DNA from: a virus
Length of the DNA stretch: 64,000 nt
Virus record (IMG/VR): IMGVR_UViG_3300031576_000024
Location: 18,992 to 82,991 of that record
Direction: 5' to 3' (one strand)
Shown piece after piece: positions 10,119-19,280 of the stretch. The position numbers were made by a program, and so were the translations under genes. Each line of letters starts with the position of its first letter. The stretch's first letter is position 1. Under the pieces are notes generated by a model. The model was not told where the DNA came from and made no database searches. It saw nothing but the letters and a program-made list of their open reading frames with translations.

Positions 10119-10364
10119 ATGAATAGAATCAAAAGATGGCTTCAATTGTACAGGCTGTATCGCTTAACTCGTATGCACACTTTAGACTTGTACGAGGAAA
10201 AGCTACGGATAGAAGATAGACTGCTTGAGGTACAAATCATTATTCAAGGAAGATCGACTATCTATGATGCCCCGATCGAAGTTAAAGAAGCAGCACTGTG
10301 GCGTGACCACGATAACCACGATCTACCTCCGGTAGATTCATTTCAGACAGTGGGAAAGATATGA
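10119..10364 (+). CDS. Hypothetical protein
   Basis: ATG (MNRIKRW) preceded by AAGGA; ATGA overlap with mazG. Confidence 0.5.
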   Translation: MNRIKRWLQLYRLYRLTRMHTLDLYEEKLRIEDRLLEVQIIIQGRSTIYDAPIEVKEAALWRDHDNHDLPPVDSFQTVGKI

Positions 10365-10747
10365 AGAAAGAACATGACGGAATGTACTCAACCCTAGCAC
10401 CTGTTGAATCTAAAAAGCGTGAACCTAGTTTGCTAGATACGTGGTTGGCTAATACCGATAAAACCGCAGTTTATCCTGATTCCTTTAACAAGGAACTCAC
10501 TGGTGCTGTATATCTCACCCTGGGGTTGAATGGAGAGGCCGGCGAGGTAGCCGATGAAATAAAGAAGATCATACGCAATGATAATGGTATTATTACACCC
10601 GAGAGGAAGAAGAAGCTGTACCTTGAGATGGGCGACGTGATGTGGTACTGGCTCCGGCTGACCAAAGAGCTTGATCTAGATATCGAAGATATCATGGCAG
10701 AGAACCTGAAGAAACTGAGTCAGAGGTATGAACATGAAGTCAAGTAA
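10361..10747 (+). CDS. mazG: MazG-like nucleotide pyrophosphohydrolase
   Basis: LGLNGEAGEVADEIKK...EMGDVMWY...NLKKLSQRY. Confidence 0.9.
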   Translation: MKKEHDGMYSTLAPVESKKREPSLLDTWLANTDKTAVYPDSFNKELTGAVYLTLGLNGEAGEVADEIKKIIRNDNGIITPERKKKLYLEMGDVMWYWLRLTKELDLDIEDIMAENLKKLSQRYEHEVK

Positions 10748-10967
10748 TTTATTCTGGGGTATTTTTAATCTGTTTCTAGGTGCGCTTATAGCTTCAACTA
10801 TATTATGGCACAGCGGCTACTGGCACAGGAAAGTAGTGGAGAATTGGAAGGAACAAGGATATGAGTGCTTTAGAGTCTACAAAGAACATGAAGAGGAACA
10901 AGGATATGAGTGCTTTAGAGTCTACAAAGAACGTGAAGCTGGTATCCGTTACGAAATCGCATGTTGA
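10728..10967 (+). CDS. Small membrane protein overlapping the thyX 5' end
   Basis: Hydrophobic N-terminal helix; contains the 45-bp tandem duplication. Confidence 0.45.
   Translation: MNMKSSNLFWGIFNLFLGALIASTILWHSGYWHRKVVENWKEQGYECFRVYKEHEEEQGYECFRVYKEREAGIRYEIAC
10849..10938. repeat. 45-bp tandem duplication (44/45 identical)
   Basis: AGGAACAAGGATATGAGTGCTTTAGAGTCTACAAAGAAC(A/G)TGAAG at 10849-10893 and 10894-10938. Confidence 0.95.
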
Positions 10968-11583
10968 TGGTATCCCGACAGCGGAAGGTCTGATTTGCTA
11001 TGTTGCTCGTGTTAGCAACCCTGCTAACCAGATGAACGAGCAATCGGCTCCTAAGCTTCTAAAGTATCTTATAAAGAACAAACACTGGAGTCCGTTCGAG
11101 TTAGTCCATATGACGGTAGAGATCAAGACGAGTAGAGCTATCGCTCAGCAGATCCTTCGGCATCGTAGTTTTAGCTTCCAAGAGTTTAGCCAGCGGTACT
11201 CTACAGCTACGTCAATGGTATACTACAGAGCTAGACGGCAGGATGTTAAGAACCGTCAGAACAGTATTGATGATCTATCTGTTGAAGTGAAAGAACAGTT
11301 TGAGGAACTTCAACTTGACGTTAACCAGCTTTGTGCAAACCATTACTCAAGAGCTTTAGAGTTGGGCATTGCCAAAGAACAGGCTCGGTTTCTCCTCCCT
11401 TTAAGTACAGCAACCACACTTTATATGTCCGGGTCCATGCGATCTTGGATTCATTATATGCAACTGCGTATGGACCCTTCAACGCAGTTAGAGCACAGAG
11501 AAATTGCAAACGAAATATACAGCATCTTTGCTCATAACTTTCCTAACATAGCGGCGGCACTACATGACAACCAAAGAGACTAA
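10861..11583 (+). CDS. thyX: Flavin-dependent thymidylate synthase (start uncertain: 10861, 10906 or 10933)
   Basis: HWSPFE, SRAIAQQILRHRSFSFQEFSQRY, EQARFLLP, TQLEHREIA. Confidence 0.96.
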   Translation: MSALESTKNMKRNKDMSALESTKNVKLVSVTKSHVDGIPTAEGLICYVARVSNPANQMNEQSAPKLLKYLIKNKHWSPFELVHMTVEIKTSRAIAQQILRHRSFSFQEFSQRYSTATSMVYYRARRQDVKNRQNSIDDLSVEVKEQFEELQLDVNQLCANHYSRALELGIAKEQARFLLPLSTATTLYMSGSMRSWIHYMQLRMDPSTQLEHREIANEIYSIFAHNFPNIAAALHDNQRD

Positions 11584-11992
11584 CCCTAAAGATGCTGTAG
11601 GAACAGGTAAATATCCGTCTTCTACTGTTCCTGCTCCTGTTATTGGTGAAGTAGGCTTAGCCATGTTGGAAGGGGCACGTAAATATGGTCGTCATAATTA
11701 CCGGGTAGCAGGGGTGCGAGCTAGCGTGTACTACGATGCCTGTAAAAGACACCTTGATGACTTTTGGGAAGGCGTTGACATTGATAAAGACTCCGGCCTA
11801 CCGCATGTTGTTAAAGCTATAGCTTGTTTAGTTGTATTGCGTGATTCACAGATGCAAGGCAATTGGGTTGACGACAGACCGCCGCCAAGTCCTAAAGACT
11901 GGCAAGATGTGCTTAATAAAAAAGCTAAAGAAATAATTGCAAAGTACCCTAACTCTAAAGATGCATACTTGGCATCGGATACAAAACTATGA
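11564..11992 (+). CDS. dATP/dGTP diphosphohydrolase domain protein (DUF5664-like)
   Basis: NPKDAVG...AMLEGARKYGRHNYR...YYDACKRHL...D.DSGLPHVVKAIAC. Confidence 0.82.
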   Translation: MTTKETNPKDAVGTGKYPSSTVPAPVIGEVGLAMLEGARKYGRHNYRVAGVRASVYYDACKRHLDDFWEGVDIDKDSGLPHVVKAIACLVVLRDSQMQGNWVDDRPPPSPKDWQDVLNKKAKEIIAKYPNSKDAYLASDTKL

Positions 11993-12378
11993 AGAAGCAG
12001 AAATACTTTGATGGATTCGGCAACCTAGAGGATGTTATTAGAGACTTTGAGATCGACACCGATCTTAATGACCGTAACATTCTATTTGCTTCTTATGCTA
12101 CAGAGGCTTATGAAGGAAGTGCGTTCGTCCTATTTAAGAGAGACAAGAAGCTCTATGAAGTCAATGGTTCACACTGCTCGTGCTACGGCCTAGAGGGTCA
12201 GTGGGAGCCGGAAGAGACTTCATGGGATGCGCTGGCAATGCGAATAAAGGTTGATGCTACCTTAAAGGGTAGTAACATGAATAAAATAAGAGTAAATATT
12301 TATGGTGTTGCTCCTGAAGGCGTACCGTATCTAGTTGAGCTAATCAAGAAGAACGTGAAGGTAAAAGATGCCGTTTGA
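11989..12378 (+). CDS. Conserved phage hypothetical protein
   Basis: FASY..YEGSAFVLF...LYEVNGSHCSCYGLEGQWEPEET resembles a recurrent phage family. Confidence 0.6.
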   Translation: MKKQKYFDGFGNLEDVIRDFEIDTDLNDRNILFASYATEAYEGSAFVLFKRDKKLYEVNGSHCSCYGLEGQWEPEETSWDALAMRIKVDATLKGSNMNKIRVNIYGVAPEGVPYLVELIKKNVKVKDAV

Positions 12379-15300
12379 TAGAACGGGTAAATGGACGGAG
12401 CCTGGATCGGAAACCGAATCCGAGTTCGTAAATGCTATTACGGCTCAGTCAAGTGACGGGCAGGAAGTTGCACTTACTCCCGACGTGGTGGCTAAGATCG
12501 AGGCTGCCATCCGTTCCAACGTTGGTGACAACAAAAACGTTGGCCGGCTCAACACACTTTCCTACTCCACCTTAGCTAGTGTAGTTAATAGTCCTGGGCA
12601 TGTAAGCGTTGTCATCCCTATCTACGGCGCTCTCAATCTAGTTAAGAAGGCCATTGAGTCTGTATTCAAACATACCTATTGGCCCTTTGAGCTTATCCTA
12701 GTTGACGACTGTTCTCCTGATCCTGCTGTCCGTGACTACCTTAAGACGCTGGAAGGTCAGAACAAGTCTGACAAGTGCATAGGATTGAAGGTTATCTGCA
12801 ACAAGAAGAACAAGGGCTTCGCTGCCACCTGTAACATCGGCATGAACGTCGGCACGGGTAAGTATTTCTGCGTTCTCAATTCGGACGTTCTAGTTACTCC
12901 CTACTGGTTAACCAAAATGGTTACTGCCGTAGAGGCTGATAAGTCACATGTCATTGTTAATCCGGTAACCAATAATACGGCCCTGATTAACGTGCAGATG
13001 GAACCTGGTAGATCGTATCTGGATATGAACCGTGCGCTCGAACGTAAATCACCTAAGAACTATCCTGAGATTATGCCTACCGGCTTCTGCTTGTTCTTCA
13101 AGCGTAGTCTCTTAGAAAGGATAGGAGGGTTCGATGAAGCCTACGTTTCCTACGGGGAGGATACGCACTTCTGGTTCCAATCTCTTAAGCTCACCTCTGA
13201 TAGCGGTGAGTACCTTGGCAACAAAGCTGTCATGGCTGACGATTGTTACATCTTCCATGAACGTAGCAGCAGCTTCAATCAAGTAAGTTCAGATGAACAT
13301 ATGGGCCTTCGGCGTTCTGGCTCGGAGCGTTTCCACAAGCTAAATCCTTCTTATGCAGACTGGAAGAATGGCTACAATGTTAACAAGGTCATGTCAGAGA
13401 TCCGCTCCAAGACACCCGACTCACTGTTTGACCACGATTACAAGTACAATTGCGTTTGGGTTGTAAAATCAGCCGACTTCTGCGGTGGTATGAAGTACAT
13501 AGCAGACATTGTAAATGAGCTAATTGAGCAGAATGTCAACGCTAAGGTTTGTGTTATCAAGAACACTCCTGACGCTCCTGAGAATGTCCTCAATGATCTA
13601 CATACTGCGCCTATCTTCTTTAAGGATGCAGAAGACTTTGTAACTAACTTCTCCACGCGCTGCTTTACCAACGGTGTCGTAATTGCCGCTGTATCTGAAC
13701 TTGTGTCGCCCGTAGGCATCCTTTGTCAGCGCATACAAAGTCTTACTCCTATTCATCACATTCAGTCATACGATCCTGAGCTTACTGCCATTCCTGAGTT
13801 AGCCGCAGAGCAAGCTCAAGCATATGGAAAGCTACGTTATTCCATATCGTCAAGTAACTGGATCACTGAACATCTACAGAAGGAAGGCGTTAAAAACATC
13901 ATCTTCACTACTCAACCGGGCGTTGATACGGACCTATTCCATCATGGCGACCGAAGCCGTGGCGACGATAGGTTTACCGTGATGATAGCTTTGAACGCTC
14001 AATATCCTTTCAAGGGTGCTGAGCGCGGCATTGAGGTTGCCAAAGAGATTATCAAGCGGGACAAAAATATCCGCGTCCTAGGATTGGGTATGGACTTCAT
14101 TCCCGATTGTCCGGCCATTGTAGGACTCGGTAAATTGTCACAAGGACGCTTGGCGCACCTCCTACGCACTGAGGTAGATGTGTTTATAGATCCAAGCTAC
14201 ATTCACAGTTACGGCATGCCTAGTTTGGAAGCTCTTGCTTGTGGCGTTGAAGTTGTCTGCTGGAATAACCGAGGCATTGGTGAGTACGCGAGCAATAAGT
14301 TTAACGGCGTTCATATCTTCATGCAGAACGTGATACCCGAAGAACTAGCCGATAGGTGTCTAAAGATTAAGGAGAATAAGTCCGCAGTCACTCTAGTTCC
14401 CTTATCAAGAGAAGACAGTGTTAATAGCTTCACTAATCACTTTGAAATAAACTTAGGTCTGGTACCATTCAAGAAACGGATTACTGTAGTCACCCCTCAC
14501 GCACGCAAACACGGTGGCCCGACTACGATCATTAATTTCGCTAACGTCTTGGGTTACTTGGGACACGATGCGCGCCTAGTATCAATCTATGACGATTTCA
14601 ACAATGAAGTAATAAGCTTCAAGCAAGTTCCGCTATTCATAGGCGTTGATTACATTAAAGAGTCTGACATGGTTGTTATCAACTCTGATAATCCGTTCAT
14701 TGAGCAGATTGTCAATCAGCCTTCACTTAAACATGCCAAGAAGGTACTTCTAAAGCTCAGCCACAATCCTCGCTTTAAGGCCATAGAAGAAGCTAGCTTG
14801 CGCATGCCCATATGGGATAAGATACTTTGTTCCACAGAGCATCTACGTGAGAAGTGTATCAATCCTATGCCTGATTGGCGTCACATTGCGTGGAGCCCCG
14901 ATAAGGTTCAAACTATCGGCTGGTATCATTACACGTTCCCTGTGTTCAACGCTCCCCCGGAGACGAGACAGTACGGGGTCATTGACAAGCAGATGCGTAT
15001 TGGGTATCTTATGCACGACCATCCCACAAAGGGGACGACGTTCGCCAATGCCATCGTCAAGGCTCTTAAGAACAAGTATGGCGCTAACGTAGACATCGTG
15101 ACCGTTGGTGAGGTAGCGCTTAAGTATAAGCCGCCGTGGATGACTTACGTGTTCAAACCTAACCGCCCTGAAATGGCACAGGTAATGAAGCAGTGCGATA
15201 TCTGGTTGGGAAGCTCCTTCAACGAAGGACTAGGACGTATGACACTGGAAGCTATGGCAGCGGGTTGCGCTATCGTAACTACCGACACTGGTGCAGAATT

Positions 15301-15502
15301 CCTTAAAGACCAAGAGAACTGTTTACTATACCCTCCCGGTGAGGCACAACAAGGCGGTGAAGCTGTAGATAAGCTACTATCAGATCCTAAGCTCTTCCAG
15401 AAACTAATCAATAACGGCTACCAAACAGCAGGTAAGGCAGCAGACCCGCACCAGTATGTACATACATTGAGGCAACTAGTACATGAACTATGCAAAACCT
15501 AG
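12368..15502 (+). CDS. Tri-domain glycosyltransferase: GT2 (GT-A) plus two GT4-like (GT-B) domains
   Basis: VSVVIPIY, LVDDCS, GFAATCN, LNSDV, GGFDE...YGED; then KG..RG...SYGMPSLEALACG; then HGGPTT...KGT...EGLGRMTLEAMAAGCAIV. Confidence 0.92.
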   Translation: MPFDRTGKWTEPGSETESEFVNAITAQSSDGQEVALTPDVVAKIEAAIRSNVGDNKNVGRLNTLSYSTLASVVNSPGHVSVVIPIYGALNLVKKAIESVFKHTYWPFELILVDDCSPDPAVRDYLKTLEGQNKSDKCIGLKVICNKKNKGFAATCNIGMNVGTGKYFCVLNSDVLVTPYWLTKMVTAVEADKSHVIVNPVTNNTALINVQMEPGRSYLDMNRALERKSPKNYPEIMPTGFCLFFKRSLLERIGGFDEAYVSYGEDTHFWFQSLKLTSDSGEYLGNKAVMADDCYIFHERSSSFNQVSSDEHMGLRRSGSERFHKLNPSYADWKNGYNVNKVMSEIRSKTPDSLFDHDYKYNCVWVVKSADFCGGMKYIADIVNELIEQNVNAKVCVIKNTPDAPENVLNDLHTAPIFFKDAEDFVTNFSTRCFTNGVVIAAVSELVSPVGILCQRIQSLTPIHHIQSYDPELTAIPELAAEQAQAYGKLRYSISSSNWITEHLQKEGVKNIIFTTQPGVDTDLFHHGDRSRGDDRFTVMIALNAQYPFKGAERGIEVAKEIIKRDKNIRVLGLGMDFIPDCPAIVGLGKLSQGRLAHLLRTEVDVFIDPSYIHSYGMPSLEALACGVEVVCWNNRGIGEYASNKFNGVHIFMQNVIPEELADRCLKIKENKSAVTLVPLSREDSVNSFTNHFEINLGLVPFKKRITVVTPHARKHGGPTTIINFANVLGYLGHDARLVSIYDDFNNEVISFKQVPLFIGVDYIKESDMVVINSDNPFIEQIVNQPSLKHAKKVLLKLSHNPRFKAIEEASLRMPIWDKILCSTEHLREKCINPMPDWRHIAWSPDKVQTIGWYHYTFPVFNAPPETRQYGVIDKQMRIGYLMHDHPTKGTTFANAIVKALKNKYGANVDIVTVGEVALKYKPPWMTYVFKPNRPEMAQVMKQCDIWLGSSFNEGLGRMTLEAMAAGCAIVTTDTGAEFLKDQENCLLYPPGEAQQGGEAVDKLLSDPKLFQKLINNGYQTAGKAADPHQYVHTLRQLVHELCKT

Positions 15503-15845
15503 AACTAAAGCTTTTAGCGTCACTATTAAAGACTGCGAGGTTGAGACGTTTCGGTGCGGCGGGCCGGGCGGACAGAATGTCAACAAAGTCGAAAGTGGTG
15601 TCCGCGTGCGCCATGTTCCTTCTAGTGCTGTGTCTGAAAGTCGGGAGTTTAGAGAGCAACATCGGAACAAGGTTAATGCCTTTATCAAAATGGCTAATTC
15701 GCCAGAGTTTCAAAAGTGGATACGAGTCGAAGCTGCTAGACGAGCGGGACAGCCATCAGCAGAAGAAATAGTGGAGAAGATGATGGGCTCTAAGAACATT
15801 CGAGTACAGTATAAGGTGGAGGGTAAATGGACGACAGTAGAATAA
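15483..15845 (+). CDS. Stand-alone class I release-factor/peptidyl-tRNA hydrolase (GGQ) domain protein
   Basis: ETFRCGGPGGQNVNKVESGVRVRHVPS...REQHRNK; lacks stop-codon-recognition domains. Confidence 0.9.
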   Translation: MNYAKPRTKAFSVTIKDCEVETFRCGGPGGQNVNKVESGVRVRHVPSSAVSESREFREQHRNKVNAFIKMANSPEFQKWIRVEAARRAGQPSAEEIVEKMMGSKNIRVQYKVEGKWTTVE

Positions 15846-16567
15846 GGCGCGGGGTTGGAATTTGCCACTATAACCGGCAGAAGTACCTTAACGAGATTAT
15901 CTTCGCTGTACAGAATACAGTACCGAAAGGTACTCGCGTTGTGGTGTGCGACGACGGCTCCAACCCTCTAAACATTCTTGAAGATATTACACTGGTTCAA
16001 GGTAAGAATCTTGGTGTAGCAGCGAACAAGAACCGTGCCTTGTGGGCGCTTCAGGACTGTCACTACATTTGCATCCTAGAAGACGACCTTAAGCCTATCT
16101 CTAAGGGTTGGTTTGAAACCTATGAGAAGGCTGCCAACCTGTCCAACATTCACCACTTCTGCCGTGTTCAAGACAAGCACGTCCAAGAAACGTCTCCTGA
16201 GTTTGCTCAGTATATGAAGACGCATGGATTCACGCCGATTTACGGTCCCACTCCGCGTGGAGACTTAACGTTTATAACACACAAGGTTGTGGAGCGCATT
16301 GGTGCTTTCAACCCTCTCTTCATAGGCGCTGGTCACGCGCACGGGGAGTGGAGCCATAGAGTATGGAAAGCGGGGCTGATCGGCCACAACAATAAGTGGG
16401 TTGACATCATGGAAGCCCGTAATATGTTTGAACAACTTGGCGATACCGAAGGCGGACGCTGGGTTCTAGATCCTAAGGATTTACGTAAGCAACTTATCAG
16501 AAACGAGAAAGTGTACAAGGATCTTCAGAAGACAGCCTACAGCCACCTTCCTTTGAGCCTGGAGTAA
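15827..16567 (+). CDS. Glycosyltransferase family 2
   Basis: GICHYNR, VVVCDDGS, NLGVAANKNRAL, ILEDD, IGAFN. Confidence 0.88.
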   Translation: MDDSRIRRGVGICHYNRQKYLNEIIFAVQNTVPKGTRVVVCDDGSNPLNILEDITLVQGKNLGVAANKNRALWALQDCHYICILEDDLKPISKGWFETYEKAANLSNIHHFCRVQDKHVQETSPEFAQYMKTHGFTPIYGPTPRGDLTFITHKVVERIGAFNPLFIGAGHAHGEWSHRVWKAGLIGHNNKWVDIMEARNMFEQLGDTEGGRWVLDPKDLRKQLIRNEKVYKDLQKTAYSHLPLSLE

Positions 16568-16569
16568 CA

Positions 16570-17313
16570 ATGGAACAGTATACAACAAAGTGCGGTGTGG
16601 AGCTTCCTCAAGTAGACCCTGAGAAAAACTACGACATTCTGCTATACAAGATAGGGAATGATTGGGAAGAGTTCCTTCGCTGCGATACTATGCACAAAGT
16701 CACTGACCCTGCTGACGAAGACTTCCGTAAGAAGATCGCACAGGCAGCTTGCACAATGTATACCACTCGCGGTATTGGTATTGCCGCTAATCAATTGGGC
16801 TTCAAAGAGCATTGGTGTATCGTAGATACACAATGGCCTCAAACTGGTATAAAGGTTCCGCGCGTAATCCTCAATCCCAATACAAGAGACAGCGTACTAG
16901 TCGAGACTCAGAAGGCCAGCCACGAAGGCTGTCTAAGTGTGCCTATGGGGTTCAAGGGAACTGTGGCTAGACATTCGGCAGTAGACCTTTACTATACTGA
17001 CCTTATGGGCAATGACGTATCGTGGCAAGCATTCGACCTTGATGCTGCCGCCGTCTTACACGAGCTAGACCACCTAAGAGGGCGATTGTTCATTGACAAC
17101 ATTTCCAATCTTCGCTTAAGCTTCCTAGAAGGTAAGCTTCGGAAGGTACAGAAGATGGTCAGGAATCGCATTAAGAACAACAACCGCAGCGTAATTGCCC
17201 AGGTTAAACGCATGAACATCATCTACTCATGGAGCGCACAGAAGAGACTTGATCTCGCTGCTAAGGAAGCAGAGAAGCTTGTGGTTGAACAACCTGAGGT
17301 AGTAGATGAATAA
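16570..17313 (+). CDS. def: Peptide deformylase with basic C-terminal extension
   Basis: All three PDF motifs: GIGIAANQ, EGCLS, HELDH. Confidence 0.95.
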   Translation: MEQYTTKCGVELPQVDPEKNYDILLYKIGNDWEEFLRCDTMHKVTDPADEDFRKKIAQAACTMYTTRGIGIAANQLGFKEHWCIVDTQWPQTGIKVPRVILNPNTRDSVLVETQKASHEGCLSVPMGFKGTVARHSAVDLYYTDLMGNDVSWQAFDLDAAAVLHELDHLRGRLFIDNISNLRLSFLEGKLRKVQKMVRNRIKNNNRSVIAQVKRMNIIYSWSAQKRLDLAAKEAEKLVVEQPEVVDE

Positions 17314-17575
17314 ATACCTTATGAGCGAGGGTAGCGTACAACTCGGCATGGTCTTTATAGAGAGACACGGCGGGTTTGTTACTGGATCTCATAACGCACC
17401 GCTAATCGGGTACTTCTGTAAAGTATACGATGAAGATTCCGATGCTTGGAATGCACAGGGACACGGACTTACATATGATCTAGCAATGGTTTCTTTGTAC
17501 CTTCTGCGTACCAAAGGTGAGCTACCTAAGCCACCTGAATACTTCTCTAAGACTAACTTCTATCTGGAAAACTAA
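17306..17575 (+). CDS. Hypothetical protein
   Basis: 89-aa ORF overlapping or coupled to both neighbours. Confidence 0.5.
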   Translation: MNKYLMSEGSVQLGMVFIERHGGFVTGSHNAPLIGYFCKVYDEDSDAWNAQGHGLTYDLAMVSLYLLRTKGELPKPPEYFSKTNFYLEN

Positions 17576-18480
17576 TGAAGATACTACTTGCTAAACATCT
17601 ATGGGACTACGAAGGTACGCCTATCGCTACCTACGCTACATCCCTGTCCAGAGCTTTCACACAGGCTGGACACGAAGTCACAGAGATAGATAAGCAGATC
17701 ATCCTAGATGATAGCGTTTACAGGGCACACGATCTTCTGTTCGATATTGACTGCGGTAAGGATATGAAGGGGGATCAGAAGTTTCACCTTTGCCATCCTA
17801 AGATCCAGTCCCTAATTAAGACTGTCTTCTTTGCAATAGACTCGCACGGAAATGCTGATATGCACCAACGACTGTCACGCTCCGCAGACTATGTATTCTT
17901 TGCTATATGGGATAAGCGCGACCTGTTCGCCGACCATCCTTCAGCTACTTGGACTCCAAGTTTCACGGATCTTGCTTACTTCGACGGTGAAACGTTTACC
18001 TCGGAGAAGACAAAGGACTTCTGCTTCCTAGGCTCCCTTGGCGGGCTTGATAGAGCAGATCCTATGGTGAAAGCGTGCAAAGACAATAACTGGACTTTCG
18101 ACGTGGATGAAGTAGGCCGTAAGGGAAAGCACACATGGCCCAGGACCGCTGAGCGCATGGGTGCTTGCAGGTTCGGGTTCAACCACGGACAGAAGCACGA
18201 CGGACCTAACCTGCGTACTATAGAGACGATGGCTATGAAGTTGCCGCTTATCTGCGACCAAGACACGCGAGACGGCAAAGGTTTCCTCTTCGAGCCTTGG
18301 CAGCACTACATTCCCTACAAGGCGTATTCGTATGAGGGACTGCTGGAGCGCATGCAGTGGTGCATGACAAACCCCGATAAGGCTGCTAAGATTGCCAAGC
18401 AAGCATATGATGAAGTGTGCCTAAACCACCTGGCCTCGCACCGCGTACAGACTATACTGGAGGTAGTATGCAAATCCTGA
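17575..18480 (+). CDS. Glycosyltransferase, GT-B fold (CgeB-like)
   Basis: DFCFLGS, GFNH...DGPNLRTIETMAMKLPLICD, HYIPY, KIAKQAYDEVCLNHLASHRVQTIL. Confidence 0.8.
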   Translation: MKILLAKHLWDYEGTPIATYATSLSRAFTQAGHEVTEIDKQIILDDSVYRAHDLLFDIDCGKDMKGDQKFHLCHPKIQSLIKTVFFAIDSHGNADMHQRLSRSADYVFFAIWDKRDLFADHPSATWTPSFTDLAYFDGETFTSEKTKDFCFLGSLGGLDRADPMVKACKDNNWTFDVDEVGRKGKHTWPRTAERMGACRFGFNHGQKHDGPNLRTIETMAMKLPLICDQDTRDGKGFLFEPWQHYIPYKAYSYEGLLERMQWCMTNPDKAAKIAKQAYDEVCLNHLASHRVQTILEVVCKS

Positions 18481-19220
18481 TGTTCACACCTGCCCACAAG
18501 GATGAGTTCATAGCCAAGGCCAAGACCATGAAGAAGCGTTACCCTGAAGTAACTATTGTCTATGATCTAGAAGACGGTGTGCCCGCGACAGAGAAGAAGC
18601 GGGCCTTTGAGAACGTGAAGAAGCACGCCCGTACAAAGGATTGGGTTCGCATTGACGACAACATGACATATGAGTTATACGACCTACCTACCGTACAAGC
18701 CATAGTCATTCCTAAAGTCACGCCTTACGTACTTGACCGTTACGTCGATATGGACGGTCGAAACAGCTTTGGCTGTGATAGAGTAATCGCTCTCATTGAA
18801 ACTGCTGCTGGCGTTGACGCTGCTAGTTACATTGCCGAGAAGGCTGGCGGTGTCATATTTGGGCAATATGATTTCATATTATCAATGAATTCCGAACTAC
18901 ACACTGACTACGCTAGATCACGGATCTTGAATGCATGCAAGGCTGCTGGCATTCCTGTGTATGACAGCCCTGACTACTCCCTGGACTTAAACACGATCAT
19001 GCATAACGCTAGGCAGGCGTACTGCCTAGGCTTTGACGGCATGGCAGTTCTACATCCTGACCATATCAAGATCGTGAAGGAAAACTTTAGAGCGCCTTAC
19101 AACCAGAGAGTATGGGCGAAGGGTATCTTGAAGAACGCTGGAGACGGACTGACTGTCTTCCAGAACACAATCATCGGCCCGCCCATAGTTAAGCGTGCCA
19201 AGCAAATACTACAGAAATGA
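18468..19220 (+). CDS. citE: CitE/HpcH-HpaI aldolase-citrate lyase family protein
   Basis: YDLEDGVP, WVRI, IPKV, LIETAAGV, FGQYDF, GFDG..LHPDHI; GGAGG RBS before ATG 18468. Confidence 0.82.
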   Translation: MQILMFTPAHKDEFIAKAKTMKKRYPEVTIVYDLEDGVPATEKKRAFENVKKHARTKDWVRIDDNMTYELYDLPTVQAIVIPKVTPYVLDRYVDMDGRNSFGCDRVIALIETAAGVDAASYIAEKAGGVIFGQYDFILSMNSELHTDYARSRILNACKAAGIPVYDSPDYSLDLNTIMHNARQAYCLGFDGMAVLHPDHIKIVKENFRAPYNQRVWAKGILKNAGDGLTVFQNTIIGPPIVKRAKQILQK

Positions 19221-19280
19221 GAGTGGTTGCTATCCTCATAGCAGTTATCTTGGTTCTCACTATTCCGTGAAAGGGCATTC

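Noticed and set aside
808-11583. Introns or inteins in recA, the RNR gene or thyX
   Set aside because: All are continuous and of normal or compact length with no intein motifs; the endonuclease genes are free-standing.
11564-11992. Calling the phage a Z-genome (2-aminoadenine) phage
   Set aside because: The diphosphohydrolase alone is not diagnostic and no purZ is present in the window.
15483-15845. Release factor as evidence of stop-codon reassignment
   Set aside because: The protein has no codon-recognition domain, long genes are intact under the standard code, TAA, TAG and TGA all end genes, and no suppressor tRNA was seen.
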